DNA of 10,746 bases from a bacterium (GCA_044868695.1 JBIOWP010000133.1:1-10746), one strand, 5' to 3'; shown: positions 1-10,519, counted from the first letter of the stretch. The notes: generated by a model not told the origin, from the sequence alone. Program-made: numbers and translations.

Positions 1-1931
<1,931 letters not shown>

Positions 1932-1947
1932 GCCCGCACCGGAGCGG

Positions 1948-2232
1948 TCATGACGTCCGCCGGCGGCGGGACGGGCGCACCGGCGCCGCCCGCTGGCCCG
2001 CACCCTCGGCGGCCGGAGCCCGCCTGGGCCGGTGGCGGGCGACAAACTCGGCGGCCGCAACCGCGCCGGCCAGGGGGATCGTGCCCAGGCGCCACCGGAT
2101 GGCGCGCACGAGTTCGCCTCGGGTCATCTCCGGGACGGAGCGGGCGGGAATCGCCCACGGCCGGGAGCGCTCCAGCAGGTCCAGCAGGCGCCGCTGCAGC
2201 GTCATCGGCAGCAACACGGAGGCCACCTTCAC
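1948..2232 (-). CDS. hypothetical small protein (about 94 aa, possibly extending to GTG 2313 for about 121 aa)
   Basis: This minus-strand frame is the 3' part of track ORF 1948..2580. GC3 is about 90% over its ~85 downstream codons, higher than in the overlapping frames. Sequence: ...VKVASVLLPMTLQRRLLDLLERSRPWAIPARSVPEMTRGELVRAIRWRLGTIPLAGAVAAAEFVARHRP.... GTG 2232 is preceded by GGGAGCAG (SD-like, 5-nt spacer). The stop TGA 1950-1948 lies inside or just upstream of the hydrolase start region. I recognise no homology. Confidence 0.3.
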   Translation of the reverse strand: MKVASVLLPMTLQRRLLDLLERSRPWAIPARSVPEMTRGELVRAIRWRLGTIPLAGAVAAAEFVARHRPRRAPAAEGAGQRAAPVRPSRRRRTS

Positions 2233-2410
2233 CTGCTCCCGCAATTCGCGAAGCCGCCGGACCTCCGAGCCCGACAGCTGGACGGTCCCATACGCGCCGG
2301 TGCGCTCTGCCACAGTGATGGGATTCGCCCCAGCACGGGCCGCGCCCCTTGTCCTGCGGCTTGCGGAGCGGGCAGGGTTCCCCGGCACGCCGCCGAAGGG
2401 GTGGACCGCG

Positions 2411-3466
2411 ATGCGTTTTGACGCTGCGACCCGCGCCGCCCGCGATCCCGCCGGCATGCTCGAGCTGCTCCAGCGTGTTCCCCAGATGTGTGAGCAGGCG
2501 TGGGGATTGACCGCAGACCGGCCGGTGCCCGCCATGAGCCCGCGCGCCGTCGTCGCACTCGGGATGGGCGGATCCGGCATCGGCGGAGACCTGCTGCGGG
2601 CGGTCCTCTTCGACGAACCGGCGCCGCCCGTCGTACCAGTGAAAGACTATCGGGTTCCTGGATTCACCGGGGCGGACACGCTGGTGCTGGCCTGCAGCTA
2701 CTCCGGGCACACCGAAGAGACGCTGACCGCGTACGAGGACGCCTCCGCGCGCGGCGCGCGGTGCGTCGTCATCACCTCGGGCGGGAAGCTGCTCGCGCGC
2801 GCGCGGGAGCAGCGGCACCCGGCGATCGTCGTCCCCGCCGGGCTGCCGCCTCGCGCCGCCCTCCCGTACCTATTCCTCCCCATGCTGGCCGTGCTGAGCC
2901 GCACCGGGTCGGTCCGCGCCTTCGATGCCGATGTCCAGGAAGCGGTCCATGCGCTCCGCCGTGTCCGGGACGAGCAGGGGCCGGACCGCCCGGACAGCCC
3001 GGCGCGCCGCCTGGCGGAACAGCTGCCCGGGCGGATCCCGGTCATCTACAGCGCGGTGCCGTTCCTCGAACCTGCGGCAGAACGCTGGAAAGATCAATTC
3101 AACGAAAACGCCAAACAGTTTGCGGTGTGGAACACCTTCCCGGAGCTCAACCATAATGAAACAGTCGGCTGGGGCCTGGACCCGGCCCTGGCGCGCGTGC
3201 TGCACGTGATCCTGCTCCGCGATGCGAGCGAACCGGAGCGGCTGGCCCTGCGGGCGGCGATTACCCGGGATCTCGCGCTGTCCCGCGCGGCCGGCATCGA
3301 CGAGGTGCGTGCGGCGGGTTCCGGCAAGCTGGCGCGGCTGCTGTCGGTCATCCTGATCGGCGATTATACGAGCTGGTACTTGGCGCTGCTGCGGAACGTG
3401 GATCCCACCCCGGTGCCGGTGATCGACGAGCTCAAGCGCCGTCTCGCGGCGCCGGGGGCGGGATGA
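2411..3466 (+). CDS. bifunctional phosphoglucose/phosphomannose isomerase (SIS-domain, archaeal-type PGI/PMI family)
   Basis: A 351-aa product starts at ATG 2411, preceded by GAAGGGG (2394-2400). It carries the SIS phosphosugar-binding motif VVALGMGGSGIGGDLL. The C-terminal block WKDQFNENAKQFAVWNTFPELNHNETVGW is typical of the bacterial/archaeal bifunctional PGI/PMI C-domain. Stop TGA is at 3464-3466. Upstream in-frame codons in the track ORF (from 2081) are Arg/Ser-rich and look non-coding. Confidence 0.8.
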   Translation: MRFDAATRAARDPAGMLELLQRVPQMCEQAWGLTADRPVPAMSPRAVVALGMGGSGIGGDLLRAVLFDEPAPPVVPVKDYRVPGFTGADTLVLACSYSGHTEETLTAYEDASARGARCVVITSGGKLLARAREQRHPAIVVPAGLPPRAALPYLFLPMLAVLSRTGSVRAFDADVQEAVHALRRVRDEQGPDRPDSPARRLAEQLPGRIPVIYSAVPFLEPAAERWKDQFNENAKQFAVWNTFPELNHNETVGWGLDPALARVLHVILLRDASEPERLALRAAITRDLALSRAAGIDEVRAAGSGKLARLLSVILIGDYTSWYLALLRNVDPTPVPVIDELKRRLAAPGAG

Positions 3467-3545
3467 CTGGGCGCGAGGGACTGCACCGGGGGGCAGCGAA
3501 CTGAATAGCATTCCACAGACGTGATCGCAGGCGGGAGGGGCGGAC

Positions 3546-4646
<1,101 letters not shown>

Positions 4647-4653
4647 CGAAGCT

Positions 4654-4700
4654 ACGTTGGAACGTTGGAACGTTGAAACGTTAGAACGTTAAAGAACGCT
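4654..4700. repeat. tandem array of a degenerate 8-bp unit, TGGAACGT (about 5 copies), around an AACGTT palindromic core
   Basis: Read directly: ACGT TGGAACGT TGGAACGT TGAAACGT TAGAACGT TAAAGAACGCT. The region is AT-rich relative to the ~70% GC surroundings. Confidence 0.7.
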
Positions 4701-4732
4701 AAGAGACCATAGACGCACAGAACCATCAGCCC

Positions 4733-4762
4733 TAACGTTCCAACGTTGTAACGTTCCAACGG
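4733..4762. repeat. inverted-orientation array (3 copies) of the same 8-bp unit (ACGTTCCA, ACGTTGTA, ACGTTCCA)
   Basis: The sequence TAACGTTCCAACGTTGTAACGTTCCAACGG is the reverse complement of the TGGAACGT units at 4654-4700. A 32-nt non-repeat spacer (4701-4732) separates the two arrays. Confidence 0.7.
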
Positions 4763-4763
4763 G

Positions 4764-5642
4764 TTACTTCTGCTCTCCAGCCTCCCGCGCGTAGTCGGAC
4801 AGCGGCTGGAGCAGTTTCGTGAACTCCAGCGGGAAGATGAACTTCGTGGCGGCGCCTTCGCCCAGCACCTTCAAAGCCTCCAGGTACTGCAGCGTCAGCG
4901 TCTTGCTGTCGATGTTCTTCGCCACCGAGAAGATCTTGTCCAGCGCCAGCGAGAAGCCCTCGGCCCGCAGGATCGCCGCCTGACGGGCACCCTCCGCCTC
5001 CAGGATCGCCGCCTGTTTTGCGCCCTCGGCGACGGTGACGGCCGCCTCTCTATTGCCCAGCGCTTCGGTGACCACGGCGCGGCGGCTGCGCTCGGCGGAC
5101 ATTTGTCTGGTCATCGCCTCCTGCACCTCGCGCGGGGGCAGGATTTCTCGGATCTCCACCGTCGTCACCTTGACGCCCCACCGCTCGGTGACCTCGTCCA
5201 GTTTCGCGCGCAGGACCTGGTTGATCTGTTCCCGCTTGGCCAGCACGTCGTCCAGCGAGATGTCGCCCACCACCGCGCGCAGCGTTGTGGTCGCGATGCC
5301 GCGCGCCGCGCCGGCGAAGTCGACCACCTGGATGACGGACGGCTCGGGCTCAAACACCTTGAAGTAAATGAGGAAGTCGATGTTGATCGGGGCGTTGTCC
5401 TTGGTGATGCAGGTCTGCGAGGGGATCTCCAGGAAGAACTCGCGCAGATCCACCCACACCGCCTTGTCGATGATGGGGAACAGGAACACCAGCCCCGGAC
5501 CTTTCTGGCCGATCGCCTTCCCGAACCGGAATACCACGAGCCGCTGGTATTCCCGCACCACCTTGATCGCGGCGCTGATCACCGCGAGCCCGAAAATGAC
5601 GATCGCGAGGAATGACCCGAACGTGGTAAGCAGTGACGACAT
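4764..5642 (-). CDS. SPFH/band-7 domain membrane protein (stomatin/prohibitin/HflK-like)
   Basis: This is the C-terminal 293 aa of the 562-aa track ORF. ATG 5642 is preceded by GGGGAGGGA (7-nt spacer). The protein has an N-terminal transmembrane helix (LLTTFGSFLAIVIFGLAVISAAI). The SPFH core includes VVREYQRLVVFRFGK...GLVFLFPIIDK...TKDNAPINIDFLIYFKV. The C-terminus is Ala/Glu-rich and coiled-coil-like. Upstream of 5642 the ORF is antisense to the ROK gene region and Pro/Ser/Thr/Arg-rich, so not coding. Confidence 0.8.
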   Translation of the reverse strand: MSSLLTTFGSFLAIVIFGLAVISAAIKVVREYQRLVVFRFGKAIGQKGPGLVFLFPIIDKAVWVDLREFFLEIPSQTCITKDNAPINIDFLIYFKVFEPEPSVIQVVDFAGAARGIATTTLRAVVGDISLDDVLAKREQINQVLRAKLDEVTERWGVKVTTVEIREILPPREVQEAMTRQMSAERSRRAVVTEALGNREAAVTVAEGAKQAAILEAEGARQAAILRAEGFSLALDKIFSVAKNIDSKTLTLQYLEALKVLGEGAATKFIFPLEFTKLLQPLSDYAREAGEQK

Positions 5643-5796
5643 CCCTGTCCCTCCCCTGAGTTGTACCGACCGGCCCGGCGTCCTTATTCTTCCTGCTGGC
5701 GCGGGGGGATTCCTCGTTCCAGGCGAACCCAGTGAATCTACTGGATCTGTTGAATCCACGAGTGACAGACCGTTTGCGCGTCTCGCGGAGGGCATG

Positions 5797-6777
5797 ATGG
5801 CATACGCGATCGGCGTCGATCTTGGAGGCACCAAGATTCTCACTGCGCTCGTCGATGCCACGGGGCGCGTGGTGCATCGCGCGCGCGTGCCTACCCCGCG
5901 GTCCGGCCCCGCGGGTGTCGTCGAGGCCATCGCCGGCACTGTGGATGAGGTGCTGCGCTCCGCGGAGGTCAAGCTCCGGGAGGTCAGGGGGCTGTGCGTC
6001 GGAGCGCCCGGCCCACTGGATCCGCGGACCGGGGTGGTGTACGAGCCGCCCAACCTGCCGGGCTGGCATGACGTCCCCCTGGCCGCCCTGCTGGGGACGC
6101 GTCTCCGGATGGCGGCGCATGTCGAAAATGACGCCAACGCCGCCGCGGTGGGCGAGTGGTGGATCGGCGCCGGTCGTGGGGTTAGCGATCTCGTGTATAT
6201 GGTCGTGGGGACCGGCATCGGCGGCGGGATCATCATCGGTGATGTCCTGCTGCAGGGCGTCAGCGGCACCGCGGGGGAAGTGGGACACATGACCATCGAT
6301 GTCAACGGCCCGCGCTGCGGGTGCGGGCGGGCCGGCCACCTGGAGGCGATGGCGGCCGGTCCTGCCATCGCCCGCATGGCGAGGGAGGCGATCGTCTCAG
6401 GCCGGAAAAGCGCGGTCCTCGCGATGGCCGGGGGCGATCCCGGGGGCATCACGGCTCAGCTCGTCGATGAGGCGGCCCAGCGCGGCGATCCCCTGGCGCG
6501 GGACGTCCTGGAGCGGGCCGGGTATTACATCGGGGTCGGCGTGGCCAACCTGCTCAACCTGTTGAATCCGCGGCGGGTGATCATCGGCGGCGGGGTCAGT
6601 CACGCAGGCGACCTGATCTTCGACCCCATCCGGCGGGCGGTCCGCGAGCTGGCTTTCGAGCATCCGGCCCGTGATGCCGATATCGTTCCCGCGGCGCTGG
6701 GCGACGATGTCGGGGCGATCGGCGCGGCGGCCGTTGTCTTCGTGGGCGCGGGGCTGATCCAGCGGGGCTCCGCGTAG
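5797..6777 (+). CDS. ROK-family sugar kinase (glucokinase-like; no N-terminal HTH domain)
   Basis: GGAGGG at 5787-5792 is followed by ATGATG; I chose the second ATG (5797, about 5-nt spacer), though 5794 is also possible. The N-terminus MAYAIGVDLGGTK is the ROK/ASKHA phosphate-1 motif. ENDANAAAVGEWW and GTGIGGGII are present. The Zn motif region reads GEVGHMTIDVNGPRCGCGRAGHLE. The product is 326 aa; stop TAG is at 6775-6777. Confidence 0.8.
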   Translation: MAYAIGVDLGGTKILTALVDATGRVVHRARVPTPRSGPAGVVEAIAGTVDEVLRSAEVKLREVRGLCVGAPGPLDPRTGVVYEPPNLPGWHDVPLAALLGTRLRMAAHVENDANAAAVGEWWIGAGRGVSDLVYMVVGTGIGGGIIIGDVLLQGVSGTAGEVGHMTIDVNGPRCGCGRAGHLEAMAAGPAIARMAREAIVSGRKSAVLAMAGGDPGGITAQLVDEAAQRGDPLARDVLERAGYYIGVGVANLLNLLNPRRVIIGGGVSHAGDLIFDPIRRAVRELAFEHPARDADIVPAALGDDVGAIGAAAVVFVGAGLIQRGSA

Positions 6778-6790
6778 ACCGTCGGCGAAA

Positions 6791-8170
6791 TCAGTCGCGA
6801 ACCGCGGTGAGGGTCGTGCCGAGCGCGGCGAGGTCGATCCGGCGCTGCACGAAATTCGTGTACACTTCGCCGCGCCGGAAGAAGGCGTTGTCCAGCACGA
6901 CGAGATGGAACGGGATGGTCGTGGGGACCCCGGTAATCTCGAACTCGGTGAGCGCCCGCCGCATCCGCGCGATGGCCTCGGCGCGGTCCGCGCCCCACGT
7001 AATGACCTTCGCCAGCAGCGAATCATAGTGCGGCGGGACCGCGTAGCCGGCGTAGGCGTGTGAATCCACGCGAACGCCCGGCCCCCCGGGCGGGACGAAG
7101 GCGGCCAGCGTGCCGGGGGCGGGGCGGAAGTCATTGCGGGGATCTTCCGCGTTGACGCGGCACTCGATGGCGTGTCCCCGGACCTCCACCTCGCCCTGGT
7201 TGATGCCCAGTTTCTCTCCGGAAGCGACCCGGATCTGGAGCCTGACGATGTCGATGCCGGTGACCATCTCGGTCACCGGGTGTTCCACCTGGATCCGGGT
7301 GTTCATCTCCATGAAGTAGAAGTGGCCGTCGCGGTCGACCAGGAACTCCACGGTGCCGGCCCCCGTGTAGTTGATGGCATGCGCGGCGCGCACCGCCGCC
7401 TTGCCCAGCGCGCGCACGAACCGGTCCCGGATGCCGGGGGGTGGCGACTCCTCGAGGAGCTTCTGATGCCGCCGCTGGATGGAGCAGTCGCGGGCGCCCA
7501 GATGAATCACGTCGTTGTGCTTGTCGGCCACCACCTGGATCTCAATGTGCCGCGGTTCCTCCACATACTTCTCCAGGTACACCTCGCCGTTGCCGAAGGC
7601 GGCCTCGGCTTCGGCCTGGGCGGTCTGCAGGGCGCGCCGCAGGTCTTCCCGCGTGTGCACGACCCGCATGCCCCGGCCGCCCCCGCCGGCGGACGCCTTG
7701 ACGATGATGGGGAAGCCGACGGAGCGCGCGATTTCCACCGCCTCGTTTTCGTTGCGGACCGCCCCCTCGCTGCCGGGCACCACCGGGACCCCGGCCGCCT
7801 TCATTCGCTTCCGGGCGGCGGCCTTGTTGCCCATGATCGCAATCGCTTCCGGCGGAGGGCCGACGAAGGTGATGTTGACGTCCTGGCAGATTTCAGAGAA
7901 GTGCGGATTCTCGGCCAGGAACCCGTAGCCGGGGTGGATGGCGTCCACGCCCAGCAGCTCCGCGGTGCTCATGATATTAGGGATGTTGAGGTACGACTCG
8001 GCGGCGGGCGCCGGGCCGATGCAAAACGCCTCGTCGGCCAGCCGGACATGCAGGCTGTGGCGGTCGGCCTCCGAGTACACGGCCACGGTGCGGATGCCCA
8101 GCTCATGACAGGCCCGAATCACTCGGACCGCAATCTCGCCCCGGTTGGCAATCAGCAGTTTGCGAAACAC
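6791..8170 (-). CDS. accC: acetyl-CoA carboxylase, biotin carboxylase subunit
   Basis: The 459-aa product starts at GTG 8170 with MFRKLLIANRGEIAVRVIRACHELGIRTVAVYSEADR..., nearly colinear with E. coli AccC (IANRGEIA, ATP-grasp, HPGYGFLAEN). It follows the accB stop after 14 nt. Confidence 0.9.
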   Translation of the reverse strand: MFRKLLIANRGEIAVRVIRACHELGIRTVAVYSEADRHSLHVRLADEAFCIGPAPAAESYLNIPNIMSTAELLGVDAIHPGYGFLAENPHFSEICQDVNITFVGPPPEAIAIMGNKAAARKRMKAAGVPVVPGSEGAVRNENEAVEIARSVGFPIIVKASAGGGGRGMRVVHTREDLRRALQTAQAEAEAAFGNGEVYLEKYVEEPRHIEIQVVADKHNDVIHLGARDCSIQRRHQKLLEESPPPGIRDRFVRALGKAAVRAAHAINYTGAGTVEFLVDRDGHFYFMEMNTRIQVEHPVTEMVTGIDIVRLQIRVASGEKLGINQGEVEVRGHAIECRVNAEDPRNDFRPAPGTLAAFVPPGGPGVRVDSHAYAGYAVPPHYDSLLAKVITWGADRAEAIARMRRALTEFEITGVPTTIPFHLVVLDNAFFRRGEVYTNFVQRRIDLAALGTTLTAVRD

Positions 8171-8184
8171 ACGCTCTCAGGAGA

Positions 8185-8661
8185 TCACGAGGCGGTCGTG
8201 TCGAGGAGCATGAGCGACTGGCCGTACTCGACGGGGGAGGCGTTCTCGACGAGGATCCTCGCCACGCGGCCGCGGACGTCACTTTGAATCTCGTTGAACA
8301 ATTTCATCGCCTCGATGATGCACACCGTCTGACCCGGCTCTACGAGATCGCCCTCGCTGACGAACGGCGGGGCATCGGGCTTGGCCGCGCGGTAGAACGT
8401 GCCCACCATCGGCGCGGTCACGGGGACCAGATGGTCGACGGGAGGCGCGGCGGGAGGAGCCGGCGGATGGGGCACCGCGTGCGCGGGCCCGGGGTTTCCG
8501 CCCGGCGGTGAGACCACCGCGCGCACTCCGCCCCCCGAGACCTTCTTGACCGAGATCTTCAAGGTCGGTGACTCGACTTCGAGCTCGGCGACGTCTGGAG
8601 ATTCGCTGGCGATCCGGATCACCGCCCGGATCTGTTCAAGGTCGAACTTCTGATCGCTCAC
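8185..8661 (-). CDS. accB: acetyl-CoA carboxylase, biotin carboxyl carrier protein
   Basis: The 158-aa product has a Pro/Ala-rich linker and a C-terminal biotinyl domain with EAMKLFNEI (biotin-Lys in the AMK motif). GTG 8661 is preceded by GGGAGGCGGGA. Its start overlaps the accA stop as GTGA (8661-8658). Confidence 0.85.
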   Translation of the reverse strand: MSDQKFDLEQIRAVIRIASESPDVAELEVESPTLKISVKKVSGGGVRAVVSPPGGNPGPAHAVPHPPAPPAAPPVDHLVPVTAPMVGTFYRAAKPDAPPFVSEGDLVEPGQTVCIIEAMKLFNEIQSDVRGRVARILVENASPVEYGQSLMLLDTTAS

Positions 8662-9647
8662 TCCCGCCTCCCGATGTCGGTGGTCTCGGCCACCCGGCCG
8701 ATGCGGCGATACTTGTCGTAGCGCCGGTCTAGGAGGACTTCGATGGGGACCTCACGCAACGCCTGCAGGTGCCGCGCCAGCGCGTCTCGGACCGTGCCAA
8801 AGGTAATCTCCGGGTCCCGGTGGGCCCCGCCGAACGGCTCCGGCAGGATCTCGTCGATGACGCCCAGGACCTTCAGGTCGGGGGCCGTCAGCTTAAGCGC
8901 GGCGGCGGCGTCACGGGCCCGCGAGGCATCGTGCCACAGGATGGCGGCGCAGCCTTCCGGCGAGATCACGGTGTAGACGGCGTACTGCAGCATCAGGACG
9001 GCGTCGCCCACGGCGATGGCCAGCGCACCCCCGCTGCCGCCCTCGCCGGTGATGACCACGACGGTCGGCGTCCGGAGCCTGCTCATCTCCTGGATGTTGC
9101 GCGCGATCGCCTCCGCCTGACCGCGTTCCTCGGCTTCGTCCCCGGGGTACGCGCCGGGCGTGTCCACGAACGCGATCACGGGGTAGTGAAACTTTTCAGC
9201 CAGCCGCATCGCCCGGAGGGCCTTGCGGTACCCTTCCGGGTACGGCATGCCGAAGTTCCGGGCGACATTCTCCTTCGTGTCCTTTCCTTTATTATGGCCG
9301 ATGACGACCACGGGCCGGCCGTCAAACTGGGCCAGCGCGGCGAGCAGCGCCGGGTCGTCGCGGTACAGCCGGTCGCCGTGAATCTCGACGACGTCGGTGA
9401 ACAGCGTGGCCAGGAAGTCCATCAAACGCGGCCGCTGGCTCTGGCGGGCCAGCTGGACGATGTGCCAGGGCGACGGATTGGCGTAAATCCTGGCCCGCAG
9501 GGATTCAGCTCGCTCTTCCGCACTGCTGATCTCTGCGTCCAGGGAGACCGACTGCTCGCGCGCGCGTTTTCGCAGACGTTCGATTTCCTGTTCGATGTCG
9601 GCCAGCTGGCGGTCCAGGTCGGCGGGAGGATGGGGCCGCTGGGTCAT
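8658..9647 (-). CDS. accA: acetyl-CoA carboxylase, carboxyltransferase alpha subunit
   Basis: These are the C-terminal 329 aa of the 426-aa track ORF, starting at ATG 9647 (MTQRPHPPADLDRQLADIEQEIERLRK...). It is highly colinear with E. coli AccA: WHIVQLARQSQRP, VVIGHNKGKDTKENVARNFGMPYPEGYRKALR, FVDTPGAYPG, ERGQAEAIARN, TGEGGSGGALAI. The ATG overlaps the accD stop as ATGA (9647-9644). Confidence 0.85.
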   Translation of the reverse strand: MTQRPHPPADLDRQLADIEQEIERLRKRAREQSVSLDAEISSAEERAESLRARIYANPSPWHIVQLARQSQRPRLMDFLATLFTDVVEIHGDRLYRDDPALLAALAQFDGRPVVVIGHNKGKDTKENVARNFGMPYPEGYRKALRAMRLAEKFHYPVIAFVDTPGAYPGDEAEERGQAEAIARNIQEMSRLRTPTVVVITGEGGSGGALAIAVGDAVLMLQYAVYTVISPEGCAAILWHDASRARDAAAALKLTAPDLKVLGVIDEILPEPFGGAHRDPEITFGTVRDALARHLQALREVPIEVLLDRRYDKYRRIGRVAETTDIGRRE

Positions 9648-10519
9648 GGCTGCGCGGCGGGGGCCGGTTCCGGCGCGGCCGGGACGACCCGGCGAGCTCC
9701 GAAGAAGGCCAGCAGGCGGGCGAGCATCGCCCGCATCTCGGTGCGCGGGACGACCATGTCGAGCAGACCTTTCTGCAGGCAGAATTCCGCGGTTTGGAAT
9801 TCGTCCGGGAGTTTGCGCCGGATCGTCTGCTCGATGACGCGCCGGCCCGCGAACCCGATCAGCGCGCCGGGCTCCGCCACGATGATGTCGCCGAGAAACG
9901 CGAAACTGGCCGTGACCCCGCCCGTGGTCGGATCGCACAAGACTGAGAGGTAGGGCAGGCCGGCGTCGTGGAGACGGCCGATCGCGGCGCTGGTCTTGGC
10001 GAGCTGCATCAGCGACAGCACGCCTTCCTGCATGCGCGCGCCGCCGGACGCGGAGAAGAGGAGCAGGGGCAGCCGGCGCTCGTGCGCGCGTTCCGCCGCG
10101 CGCGCCACCTTCTCTCCGACCGCCGACCCCATCGAGCCGCCCATGAAGTAGAAGTCCAGCGCCCCGGCGACGGTCTGCCAGCCGTCGATGGTCCCCTGAC
10201 CGGTGATGATCGCTTCACTCTGGCCCGTCTTGACACGCGCTTCGGTCAGTTTGGCCGGGTACGCTTCGAAGCCGAGCACGTCGGCAGAGCTCACGTCCGC
10301 GTCGAATTCTTCAAATCCGTGCTCGTCGAGGGTGACCTCTAGACGCTCCACCGCCGTCAGCCGGTGATGGTAGGCGCACTTGGGACACACCTTGAGGTTG
10401 CGCTCGAGTTCCTTGCGGTAGATGAGGTTGCGGCAGCGCGGACACTTCGCCCAGATGCCGGCCGGCATCTCGCGGCGTTCCAGCGAGCCGTATTTCGGAC
10501 GGCGCAGCCAGTTCAGCAC
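9644..10519 (-). CDS. accD: acetyl-CoA carboxylase, carboxyltransferase beta subunit
   Basis: The 291-aa product starts at GTG 10519 with MLNWLRRPKYGSLER...WAKCPRCRNLIYRKELERNLKVCPKCAYHHRL. This is the N-terminal Cys4 zinc ribbon of AccD, followed by the crotonase-fold carboxyltransferase domain (FMGGSMGSAVGEKV). The C-terminal tail is Pro/Ala-rich. An in-frame stop at 10567-10565 limits upstream extension. Confidence 0.85.
   Translation of the reverse strand: MLNWLRRPKYGSLERREMPAGIWAKCPRCRNLIYRKELERNLKVCPKCAYHHRLTAVERLEVTLDEHGFEEFDADVSSADVLGFEAYPAKLTEARVKTGQSEAIITGQGTIDGWQTVAGALDFYFMGGSMGSAVGEKVARAAERAHERRLPLLLFSASGGARMQEGVLSLMQLAKTSAAIGRLHDAGLPYLSVLCDPTTGGVTASFAFLGDIIVAEPGALIGFAGRRVIEQTIRRKLPDEFQTAEFCLQKGLLDMVVPRTEMRAMLARLLAFFGARRVVPAAPEPAPAAQP

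Larger units (their letters stand above)
4654..4762. terminator. long imperfect hairpin, candidate bidirectional U-tract-less terminator between convergent genes
   Basis: 4655-4684 can pair with 4733-4761 over about 30 bp with 3 mismatches, leaving a ~48-nt loop. The hairpin sits between the ABC ATPase stop (4644-4646, + strand) and the SPFH stop (4766-4764, - strand). No T/U run follows on either strand. Confidence 0.35.

Noticed and set aside
4654-4762. Considered whether the short repeat arrays could be a CRISPR array
   Set aside because: The units are 8 bp and contiguous with no spacers; CRISPR repeats are about 24-48 bp separated by unique spacers. No cas genes are present.
5643-6452. 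N-terminal 269-aa extension of the 562-aa minus ORF upstream of the SPFH start, and the 5350..6339 minus ORF
   Set aside because: The region is antisense to the ROK kinase gene and Pro/Ser/Thr/Arg-rich. A strong SD plus ATG at 5642, immediately before the TM helix, marks the real SPFH start.
7172-9953. Plus-strand ORFs 7172..8287 (371 aa) and 8769..9953 (394 aa)
   Set aside because: They are antisense to accC, accB and accA, which are colinear with E. coli ACC subunits. These are shadow ORFs.
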